A DNA stretch of 16,915 nucleotides from Caecitellus pseudoparvulus (GCA_965644315.1 CBFFRQ010000206.1:1-16915), one strand, 5' to 3'; shown: positions 9,645-16,915, counted from the first letter of the stretch. A program made the numbers and translations. The notes: generated by a model not told the origin, from the sequence alone.

Positions 9645-12143
9645 TCACTCACTTTCTTGCTCCTCTGCCGCGCCACCTCGCCCGGGAGCGAGGTGGCTTG
9701 GCATGGTCCAGGCAGCAGGCGTGGCGGCCGTGTAGCGGGCTCGCCGCGCGAGGTCCGCGGCGGGCTGCCCGCGTTCCACACCTGCGCCCCGGAGTTGAGC
9801 TTCTACCACGTGATCAAACACGGCCCCACAGTACCGGATGCACGTTTTCAGGACTTGCGTCCATCCGGGAGGTGCGGCGACCGCCTCGTGGGGCCAGTAG
9901 AAACTTTTGCCGTCAGCGGCACCCCCAGAATTCGGGAGCAACTTTTGCCGCAAGGGCCCAGCAAATGCCTCCAATGCTTCAGCGGCTTTCACTGGGTCTT
10001 GGTCCAGTAGATGGGTCGAGTTTCGGACTGGAACACGCAGCCGTTCCATGTGTGGCGCCGTGAGGGCAGCACAAGTTGCGTGATCCCAGTCCGCACACTC
10101 GGGTGCTCCCGTGGGCCACTGACCACACAGGGCGAGCCGCTTCAGCAACGCCCGGGTGTTCTGGCATGAGATACGTGTTCCAGTGTCCAGTTGACAGCCA
10201 GCCTGCACCGCTGTGTGCAGACTTTCTGGAATGGTGACGTATCTCAGAGGTGGGTGCCGAAGGGCCTCGGCCGTCGGCCGCCTCGGCACAGCGGTTGACT
10301 TTGCCGCTTCGTCACAGTCCAGCAAGTTCTGCGCAGCCTCTCGGAAGAACGCCAGACGTTCTAGAGACACTGAAGGGCAGTCCAGCAGAATGTGGTCTAA
10401 AATGAACTCCGCATCGCGTATTTCGGGGTCCAGACAGAGAGGACATGCGATATACGGCGTCAGGAGTGCACCCGGATGCAGGAGCTGCTGTGTCTGCAGC
10501 ATGAACACCTTCGGCAACCAACTTCTGTCAGGATGACAGGCAGTCCAAGCGCTACAGGGAACACTTGGAATCGGATGCAGTTCCGCGTGTGTTCGCGCTC
10601 GGACGTCCAAATGGTGAGGCCTCGGCGAGAGCGTCGGATTCACTCTTTTGTCGCCTATTTCTCCCCGAGGCGAGTGGCCCGGGTACTCAGCAGGTAGGAA
10701 CATGGTCTCCCGATACATGTCTGTTCTTTGCGTTCGTGCAATGAACAAGTACGACTGCAGGAGGTCCAAACGCTGCCTCAACGTGAAAGTGGCAGGGAAG
10801 TCAACCAACTTGTCGAACCTCGCAGAGGCCACAGGAACACTTGTTGCGACGAACAACTTCGGGCCGTTCTGGGCCGTGTTCTTGGGCAGCTTTAAGGCCT
10901 TTTGGAGAGATCGCATCTCTTCGTGTAGGGCCGTGGTGTCCCGATTTCCGCTCAAATCGTGCCACCTCGTGGCCATGGCCAGAACGCCGAACACACCTTC
11001 GTGGTACCCTAACAGGCGCAACTCCAAGAGGGGTCTGACGGCCCACGGAGTGCCTGTGCCATAGAAGGTGTGTTTCGAGGCCGCTACGTCTTCCAAAAGG
11101 AGGGCCGAAGGGACCCTCTCGTCCGGGACGTCCGCGACCATCGTTCGGCCCTGCCACACGCTCACCATCAGGATCTTGAAAGCAGGCGAATCCACCACAG
11201 CCTGCTTAAGTGTCCGGACTATGAAACCAATGCGACTTCGCATCGTGCGCATGTGTGTCAGAGGAATACCAGCCGCTGCAAGGACCGCGCCGTGTTGGAC
11301 GCGCATCGGATGAAGCTGAAAACCGAACACGGATTTGTCCAGAACACTGCCAATGGCATTGTCACACATGCGGTTGGGCATGAGCGAGTGTTTGCCGGTG
11401 ATTGCCAGTGTGTAGTCCGCTGCAGCGACCACTGAGGTCCTCAAAAGGCGGTGCGCTGCCGATGGGGCGAGCCATTCGGCCGCAGAAATCGCCACAGAAG
11501 AATGCCCAGCCATGCTCAAGGTGGTTGCGGCATGTCGACGAGCTGTTTTATGTTGTATGAACAGCTTGGCTTGTAGCGGTGTTCCTAAGTACTCGTACTC
11601 GTCCGTGAGAGGGATCCGCTTTCCGTCGACGGTTAGCGCCTGTGACTCCGCAGCAAGGCGTTTCTTGGCGCTGACTATCTGCACATGGAGTCGGCTCATG
11701 CGATACGCAAGTCGTGGTGTTGGTCGCATGATCATGATGGCCGACTTGGAGGCGTTGACTCTGAGCCCCAGCAGCGCCCCGACCCGCCTGACGATGGTGA
11801 TCGCACGGATCACGGCGTCCGCGCTGTCTACGACGAGTCCCAGGTCGTCTGCGTACAGCGCGTGGCTGAATCGGGGTCCAGTGTGGACTGGGTCCCCCTT
11901 TGAATGCAGTAGCTTGACCCCCAGTGTCGGTTTTTCCCCCGTTCCCTCCCCCGGAATGTGGTTCAAGGAGAGCGCACGGGACACCAGGTCGACCGCGATC
12001 TTGAATAGGAGGGGCGAGAGGACGCTTCCTTGCGCTACGCCACTGGTCGCGTGAATGGCCTCGGTCATGCCGTGTTCCGTGTCGATGCAGACGCTGGCGT
12101 TCTCGATGAAATCCACGAGGAGTCGCCTGGTGGTGCGGTCCAG
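9645..12143 (-). mobile_element. Non-LTR (LINE-like) retrotransposon ORF, 5'-truncated: C-terminal half of reverse transcriptase plus CCHC zinc knuckle
   Basis: GVAQGSVLSPLLF, LYADD, LGLRVNASKS, YEYLG RT motifs; CPLC...DHILLDCP. The frame extends upstream of the GTG at 12116 (LDRTTRRLLVDFIEN) to ~12143-12146, then meets TGA inside the palindrome. N-terminal RT motifs and endonuclease are absent. Ends TGA TAA. No poly(A) or TSD seen. Confidence 0.9.
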
Positions 12144-12247
12144 CTGTCACCCGCCAAAATCAATGAATTCAATTACTTATTAAGAGGGGCCCTATATAGT
12201 GCCCCTCTTAATAAGTAATTGAATTCATTGATTTTGGCGGGTGACAG
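12144..12247. repeat. 104-bp near-perfect palindrome (hairpin/cruciform) at the host-element junction
   Basis: 12144-12190 is the exact reverse complement of 12201-12247 (47 bp). The centre C-CTATATAG-T is self-complementary except for one C/T mismatch (12191/12200). Confidence 0.98.
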
Positions 12248-12327
12248 GGGGCTTTTATGGTGTCATTTTCAACCATTCAATCATTCAATTCTGTGACCAT
12301 CATCGTCTCATTTCTGTCATTCATTCA

Positions 12328-12481
12328 TTTCTGGCGGATGTTCAGTCTCACTCAATTCACGCAATTCATTCATTCAATTTCACGACCATCACCGTGTCAT
12401 TTTTCTTTTGTATTTGTTTCTGGCGGATGTTCAGTCTCACTCAATTCACGCAATTCATTCACTCAATTTCACCACCATCAC
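12328..12481 (+). repeat. 65-bp direct repeat x2 (12328-12392, 12417-12481) within a G-poor TCAAT/CATT low-complexity tract (~12255-12625)
   Basis: TTTCTGGCGGATGTTCAGTCTCACTCAATTCACGCAATTCATTCA...ACCATCAC, 63/65 identical, period 89. Confidence 0.93.
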
Positions 12482-12703
12482 GCTCTCAATTCAATCCACT
12501 CAATTCAATCATTTTCTCTCTCAGTCACAACTTCTTCAATCAATTATTTTCAACACCATCAACGCTCTCAATCCACTCAATCAAATCATTCACTTACAGT
12601 CTCACCAGTCACAAAAACCACTTTTTCACACGGCGCTCCCAAAGGTCGCACCGCGCAACGAGCGACAGCGAGTGAGCACACACCTCAAAAACAACATACC
12701 GCT

Positions 12704-13044
12704 GGTGACAATAATTATCGTCACCCATTCTTATGCTCTTAATATTTCACTCATTTTATCTCTTATTAGACACCTACTATGGTCTTGTTCTTTCAACATT
12801 TTTAGAGGGTGACGGAGTGACGATAATTTCGGACTACCTCCTCGTAAAAAATCAAGTTGTAACACAAACACTACAACTTAAAAAAAGATAAAAGGGTTCT
12901 CCCAAATTATCGTCACTCCGTCACCTCTTACTATAATTATCACACTACTCTATCACTTTGTTACCATAACTGGTATAAATCTCACGGTGACAATAATTTT
13001 TTGTTTTCGTCACCTTCCGTCACCTCCGTCACCTTTTCGTCACC
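12704..13044. repeat. GTGAC/GTCAC iteron-like array with inverted and direct copies; putative replication origin or protein-binding region
   Basis: GTGACRATAATT at 12705(+), 12713-12724(-), 12817(+), 12905-12916(-), 12987(+). Perfect 22-bp inverted repeat 12808-12829/12904-12925. CGTCACC x4 at 13008, 13018, 13027, 13038. The repeats are seen; the function is inferred. Confidence 0.8.
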
Positions 13045-13080
13045 CACACCCTATCCCACATCTCTCTCATATTGAGGGGC

Positions 13081-13890
13081 TTACTTAAAGCGTCCGCGCT
13101 CACGGTTCAGCACCACCGAACTATACACTCCACCAATTAACGTGCTTAATTTATGTGCTTTTAATGTGCTCTCTGCGGGTATTTTTAACACCACCGTATT
13201 CCATGGCGACACACTTGCTATATTTTGACTTATTACATCACCCTCCACCACATAGTTTGTTGCTAACTGATTTCTAAACATATCCTCGTTCTGTAATGGA
13301 CTTGAACCTGCGTTAAATGTTATTACTCTTGATGTCTTGAATGTTTGAAAACCCAAATCTAATGCTATATCTCCACCTAACGAAAATCCTGTTAAAATTA
13401 TATTATCTGCGTCAAATCCACTATTCATTAAACCCATAACTCGTAACTTAACCTCCTCTACCATTTCAAAAAATGACAAAGTCCCTGTTCCAGTCAATAA
13501 ACCCATATCTGCTTGTATGTCATTCACATCTGTTAATTTCGTGCCTCGTATTGCTACGATTGCTGTGTTTGTTAAGAATGTCTTTGTATAAACTGCTACA
13601 CGCTCCGTGCTGTGCTTCCTACTATACAAATAATATGTGTCAAACACACCCTGCCTATTCTCCACAGACTTAAATGCCTCATTACACATCTCACCACATA
13701 AATATGCCTCGTGAGGTATTTCTATTTTTTGAAACACATCACTTATGGTTGAAACTTGTAAGGGATTGTAATTCATTTTATATTTTTCTGTCACCTTCTC
13801 TCTACTACTTGCTGTGACTTTATCAAAAACATAAGACTTTAATGCCTCTTCTAACAATTCATAAAAGACTGTTGCCATTATAATATACAT
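13081..13890 (-). CDS. Alpha/beta-hydrolase, class 3 lipase-like (start may be ATG at 13878)
   Basis: IVAIRGT, nucleophile elbow TGFSLGG (GxSxG), TFNAG, GDVIS (candidate catalytic Asp), KAH (candidate catalytic His). Confidence 0.85.
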   Translation of the reverse strand: MYIIMATVFYELLEEALKSYVFDKVTASSREKVTEKYKMNYNPLQVSTISDVFQKIEIPHEAYLCGEMCNEAFKSVENRQGVFDTYYLYSRKHSTERVAVYTKTFLTNTAIVAIRGTKLTDVNDIQADMGLLTGTGTLSFFEMVEEVKLRVMGLMNSGFDADNIILTGFSLGGDIALDLGFQTFKTSRVITFNAGSSPLQNEDMFRNQLATNYVVEGDVISQNIASVSPWNTVVLKIPAESTLKAHKLSTLIGGVYSSVVLNRERGRFK

Positions 13891-13904
13891 TATGGTGATA
13901 TATT
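13884..13904 (-). promoter_or_regulatory. Shared AT-rich upstream motif AATATATCACMATAATGTATA (copy 1)
   Basis: 20/21 identical to 15812-15832; both sit at the same distance from the ATG-N9-ATG start. Confidence 0.65.
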
Positions 13905-13924
13905 ATAATATGTATTTATTTTGC

Positions 13925-14056
13925 TTACCCCATCTTTGCCATTATTTTTTTAACTTGGTTATATTCTTTTGTGCCCTTTTTTGGTACTAAATACTTTCCA
14001 GTTTTGTTGTGTTTAGAATTCCACTCCTTCAAAGCCATTATCCATTTATTAGCCAT
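13925..14056 (-). CDS. Small basic protein, 43 aa (MANKWIMALKEWNSKHNKTGKYLVPKKGTKEYNQVKKIMAKMG); not in the ORF track
   Basis: ATG to TAA, co-oriented, fills the gap between neighbours, Lys-rich, preceded by TGTATAATAAAAATG like the adjacent genes. Confidence 0.75.
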   Translation of the reverse strand: MANKWIMALKEWNSKHNKTGKYLVPKKGTKEYNQVKKIMAKMG

Positions 14057-14088
14057 TTTTATTATACAATACAATAATATTTTAATTT

Positions 14089-14165
14089 TAAGGGACGTGT
14101 CCCTTAGGATCCCTTTTGCTTACGCTTTTTCTAAAAGCGTGTCGGGGCATATGGGGTGTCCCCAT
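14089..14165 (-). terminator. Three tandem stem-loops directly downstream of the 186-aa ORF stop; putative 3'-end/polyadenylation signal
   Basis: TAAGGGAC-gt-GTCCCTTA (14089-14106), ACGCTTTT-tct-AAAAGCGT (14122-14140), ATGGGG-tgt-CCCCAT (14151-14165). Confidence 0.55.
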
Positions 14166-14726
14166 CTAAAAGTCATCCATTTCAGTCAATACATTCCCAC
14201 TTGCGTCTTCTAAATGATATGTAGATAAGAGAGCAGAAATGAATGATTCAATTTTATCCAGTTTTCCATCGTGTTCCACATCTTTTTGTTGCCTATCTGC
14301 GATTGCGGTTGAGAGTGATTGCGTAAGGGTGCTGTCCGCGTTTTCCAGTTGAGTAACAACAGCGTCATAAGCGGTTTGAGACACTTTTTCGTTAATTGCT
14401 TTATCCACTTCACCTTGGATTTCATTTGTATTGTTGGTAATCCACGCGTTAATGGCGTTAATAGAAGCATCTACACCATCTATACGAGTAGAAACATCGC
14501 TAAAAGAAGCATCTACACTAGCACGAATAGCGCCTCTGTCTTGGGCTGCCGAAGAAATTGAAGAAGATAGTTGAGATGCGAGTTGTGCGTTCTTGGTGTT
14601 TTGTGCTTGTGCGTTAGCATTTGCGTTAGACACGAAAGAAGTCACAACATCGTATAAGTATTTGGAGTAACCGAAAGCGCCTTGACCTGAAGGAACAGTA
14701 AATTGAGTTTGTGTAGTTTGGCTCAT
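14166..14726 (-). CDS. Coiled-coil protein, 186 aa; possible virion fibre/shaft
   Basis: A/S/Q/N-rich helical sequence with heptad-like pattern (LASQLSSSISSAAQDR, LTQSLSTAIADRQQKDVEHDGKLDKI). Function is inferred. Confidence 0.75.
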   Translation of the reverse strand: MSQTTQTQFTVPSGQGAFGYSKYLYDVVTSFVSNANANAQAQNTKNAQLASQLSSSISSAAQDRGAIRASVDASFSDVSTRIDGVDASINAINAWITNNTNEIQGEVDKAINEKVSQTAYDAVVTQLENADSTLTQSLSTAIADRQQKDVEHDGKLDKIESFISALLSTYHLEDASGNVLTEMDDF

Positions 14727-14759
14727 ATTATAACATAGAATTAGATAAAAAAATGCGTA

Positions 14760-15818
14760 TTAATTTATATCAATTCCATATACTTCTAATTCTTTCAATT
14801 GAACTGATGTGTCACTAATACTAACTAATCTTACTGCTTTGACATTCATAACATTACTAAATGGTATTTCTACTTTCTTATTTACATCATTATAATCTGC
14901 GGTTAATACTGATGTTAATACATTATCATCTTCATCTAATAGTTCTAATCTGTATTGCTTCCAACGATTAGCAGCCCAACTCTCTTGTAAAGTATAATAT
15001 ACAACTTTTTCAACACGCTTCTTCCCATTAAAATCAATTCGTAACCATTCCCCTGTTCGTTCTTCCGTAACAGATGCTATACGATAATCCCCATCTTTTA
15101 TACCGTTGTTTGAATAGATTGCGTAATTATCATCATTTGTTCCATAACGACTTGATTGCGTTGCTACACCTCCGTTTGTGTCTAATGCTACATTATATGG
15201 TTCTTGTTCTTGAACTATTCCGCCATAACTCACGAAAATAGTATATTCATTTAATCCATCTTCAAAATTAAACCTAAATAACTCTTCACGGTTTTCATTC
15301 AATAACACGAGCCTAAAATCATTTATTCTACTCATAAAACCATCTGCCCTGTTAAATACTTTTACACTTTGTATGTTAAAATCACTCACTAAATCAACTT
15401 CCCACCATTCATTATTTCCATTTGCGGTTAGAGACATTTTTTCACTATTTATAACTTTTACCCCATCAACCGCTTCTGGAGCAAATCGCTTGTTTTCTAA
15501 ACTTGAAGATTGTGTTGCTGGTTTAAAGAGTGCTACATTTGTATTTGTATTGTCATATGCCTCAACTTCTCTCAATTGTAAATATTGACCGTTTCCTGTG
15601 CGGTTTTCAATACGAACATACCTAACTAATGTGTCATTATTATTACCACTACTATCAACACCTCCGTTGTTGTTGCCACCACTTACTTCCCTTCCTAAAA
15701 AGTAATTGAAATTCACATCATTCTCACTTGCGTCTTTCATAACAAACACATCACTTTGATAATCCACATACGACTTCAATACTTTGCTAAAACCTACATA
15801 ACTCATATTATTATACAT
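14760..15818 (-). CDS. Protein with two F5/8 type C (discoidin / F-type lectin-like) domains; possible receptor-binding protein (start may be ATG at 15806)
   Basis: NVALFKPATQSS...AVDG...WWEVDL...VKVFNRADGFMSR and NVALDTNGGVATQSS...WLRIDF...VKAVRL...QLKELEVYG. Confidence 0.85.
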   Translation of the reverse strand: MYNNMSYVGFSKVLKSYVDYQSDVFVMKDASENDVNFNYFLGREVSGGNNNGGVDSSGNNNDTLVRYVRIENRTGNGQYLQLREVEAYDNTNTNVALFKPATQSSSLENKRFAPEAVDGVKVINSEKMSLTANGNNEWWEVDLVSDFNIQSVKVFNRADGFMSRINDFRLVLLNENREELFRFNFEDGLNEYTIFVSYGGIVQEQEPYNVALDTNGGVATQSSRYGTNDDNYAIYSNNGIKDGDYRIASVTEERTGEWLRIDFNGKKRVEKVVYYTLQESWAANRWKQYRLELLDEDDNVLTSVLTADYNDVNKKVEIPFSNVMNVKAVRLVSISDTSVQLKELEVYGIDIN

Positions 15819-15832
15819 TATTGTGATATATT
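15812..15832 (-). promoter_or_regulatory. Shared AT-rich upstream motif AATATATCACMATAATGTATA (copy 2)
   Basis: 20/21 identical to 13884-13904. Confidence 0.65.
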
Positions 15833-15849
15833 TTTTATGAACGTTTTAA

Positions 15850-16050
15850 TCAATCCATAGGCGTAAACTTCAATTCCACAAAAATCCTGTAATACACATC
15901 ATACTGCTGGTATCCTTCGCTATTCTTGTATAAATCTGATGAGTAATACACATTAAGGTTGGTTGTGTATGAGCTTGACTTCGTTATGGTCTTTGAAAAT
16001 ACGTGTTTTGTATTACACGCCACATAGTCATTACCATAATTGAGATTTGG
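15850..16050 (-). pseudogene. C-terminal 66 codons of a gene whose 5' part is replaced by the telomere; beta-rich, possibly a minor capsid (penton)-type C-terminus
   Basis: Open frame PNLNYGNDYVACNTKHVFSKTITKSSSYTTNLNVYYSSDLYKNSEGYQQYDVYYRIFVELKFTPMD* runs up to the first telomeric repeat with no usable start codon. The product guess is weak inference. Confidence 0.65.
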
Positions 16051-16900
16051 TTAGGGTTAGGGTTAGGGTTAGGGTTAGGGTTAGGGTTAGGGTTAGGGTT
16101 AGGGTTAGGGTTAGGGGTAGGGTTAGGGTTAGGGTTAGGGTTAGGGTTAGGGTTAGGGTTAGGGTTAGGGTTAGGGTTAGGGTTAGGGTTAGGGTTAGGG
16201 TTAGGGTTAGGGTTAGGGTTAGGGTTAGGGTTAGGGTTAGGGTTAGGGTTAGGGTTAGGGTTAGGGTTAGGGTTAGGGTTAGGGTTAGGGTTAGGGTTAG
16301 GGTTAGGGTTAGGGTTAGGGTTAGGGTTAGGGTTAGGGTTAGGGTTAGGGTTAGGGTTAGGGTTAGGGTTAGGGTTAGGGTTAGGGTTAGGGTTAGGGTT
16401 AGGGTTAGGGTTAGGGTTAGGGTTAGGGTTAGGGTTAGGGTTAGGGTTAGGGTTAGGGTTAGGGTTAGGGTTAGGGTTAGGGTTAGGGTTAGGGTTAGGG
16501 TTAGGGTTAGGGTTAGGGTTAGGGTTAGGGTTAGGGTTAGGGTTAGGGTTAGGGTTAGGGTTAGGGTTAGGGTTAGGGTTAGGGTTAGGGTTAGGGTTAG
16601 GGTTAGGGTTAGGGTTAGGGTTAGGGTTAGGGTTAGGGTTAGGGTTAGGGTTAGGGTTAGGGTTAGGGTTAGGGTTAGGGTTAGGGTTAGGGTTAGGGTT
16701 AGGGTTAGGGTTAGGGTTAGGGTTAGGGTTAGGGTTAGGGTTATGGTTAGGGTTAGGGTTAGGGTTAGGGTTAGGGTTAGGGTTAGGGTTAGGGTTAGGG
16801 TTAGGGTTAGGGTTAGGGTTAGGGTTAGGGTTAGGGTTAGGGTTAGGGTTAGGGTTAGGGTTAGGGTTAGGGTTAGGGTTAGGGTTAGGGTTAGGGTTAG
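16049..16900 (+). repeat. Telomeric (TTAGGG)n tract, ~142 units, G-rich strand running toward the window end
   Basis: Nearly perfect array; variants GTAGGG near 16117 and TTATGG at 16741. Confidence 0.99.
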
Positions 16901-16915
16901 AGCAATACTACATGT
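16901..16915 (+). other. Probable nanopore ligation adapter remnant
   Basis: AGCAATAC matches the start of the reverse-complemented ONT ligation adapter (AGCAATACGT...) and lies at the very end of the sequence. Confidence 0.6.

Larger units (their letters stand above)
12144..16050 (-). mobile_element. AT-rich endogenous virus-like element fragment (virophage / Polinton-like virus-like), one terminus plus five genes
   Basis: Sharp compositional switch (hand counts: 43/60 G+C in line 11761 versus 16/60 in line 14821). Compact, intronless, co-oriented ORFs, terminal palindrome and repeats, shared start motifs. Lipase, coiled-coil and lectin-domain genes are typical accessory content of virophages/PLVs. 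Hallmark genes are missing, so the class is inferred. Confidence 0.7.

Noticed and set aside
9645-12143. RT as telomerase, Penelope/Athena, DIRS/Ngaro, group II intron or retron RT
   Set aside because: QGSVLSPLLF, YADD, N..KS, YLG plus a C-terminal CCHC fit non-LTR LINE RT; no GIY-YIG, tyrosine recombinase, RNase H or RLE motif was recognised.
12241-12812. Three overlapping + strand ORFs (144, 161, 134 aa)
   Set aside because: Artefacts of G-poor low-complexity repeats; the translations are S/F/H/Q/I-biased.
12328-13044. CRISPR-like array
   Set aside because: No constant repeat with regular unique spacers, no cas genes, eukaryotic context.
16111-16746. Variant telomeric units GTAGGG and TTATGG
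   Set aside because: Two isolated substitutions, indistinguishable from sequencing error.
16901-16915. Non-telomeric tail suggesting an interstitial tract
   Set aside because: Starts with AGCAATAC, matching the nanopore adapter; most likely technical and consistent with a real molecule end.

Overview
This window is a eukaryotic (probably protist) chromosome end made of three compartments. (1) 1-~12143 is GC-rich host subtelomeric DNA. It holds an intron-containing Crinkler/RHS-type NTPase + restriction-endonuclease-fold gene, a long cadherin/Ig/Cys-rich multipass membrane gene broken by in-frame TAG codons and apparently truncated, and two pieces of one non-LTR retrotransposon: a 2.5-kb RT + CCHC ORF and a 350-bp, ~91% identical fragment. 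(2) 12144-16050 is an abruptly AT-rich, intronless, virus-like segment resembling a virophage or Polinton-like virus. It starts with a 104-bp near-perfect palindrome fused into the middle of the RT. Subterminal repeats and an iteron-like GTGAC array follow, then five co-oriented minus-strand genes: class-3-like lipase, an unannotated 43-aa basic protein, a coiled-coil protein, a double F5/8 (F-lectin) protein and a 5'-truncated ORF. These genes share AT-rich start motifs, and one is followed by 3' hairpins. (3) A ~850-bp (TTAGGG)n tract is joined directly inside the last viral ORF and ends in a probable nanopore adapter remnant. Main hypothesis (inference): the end of a hairpin-terminated linear DNA virus-like element was opened, joined to a broken chromosome, and capped by de novo telomere addition. 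No polymerase, integrase, packaging ATPase or major capsid gene is visible, so the viral class is not established.
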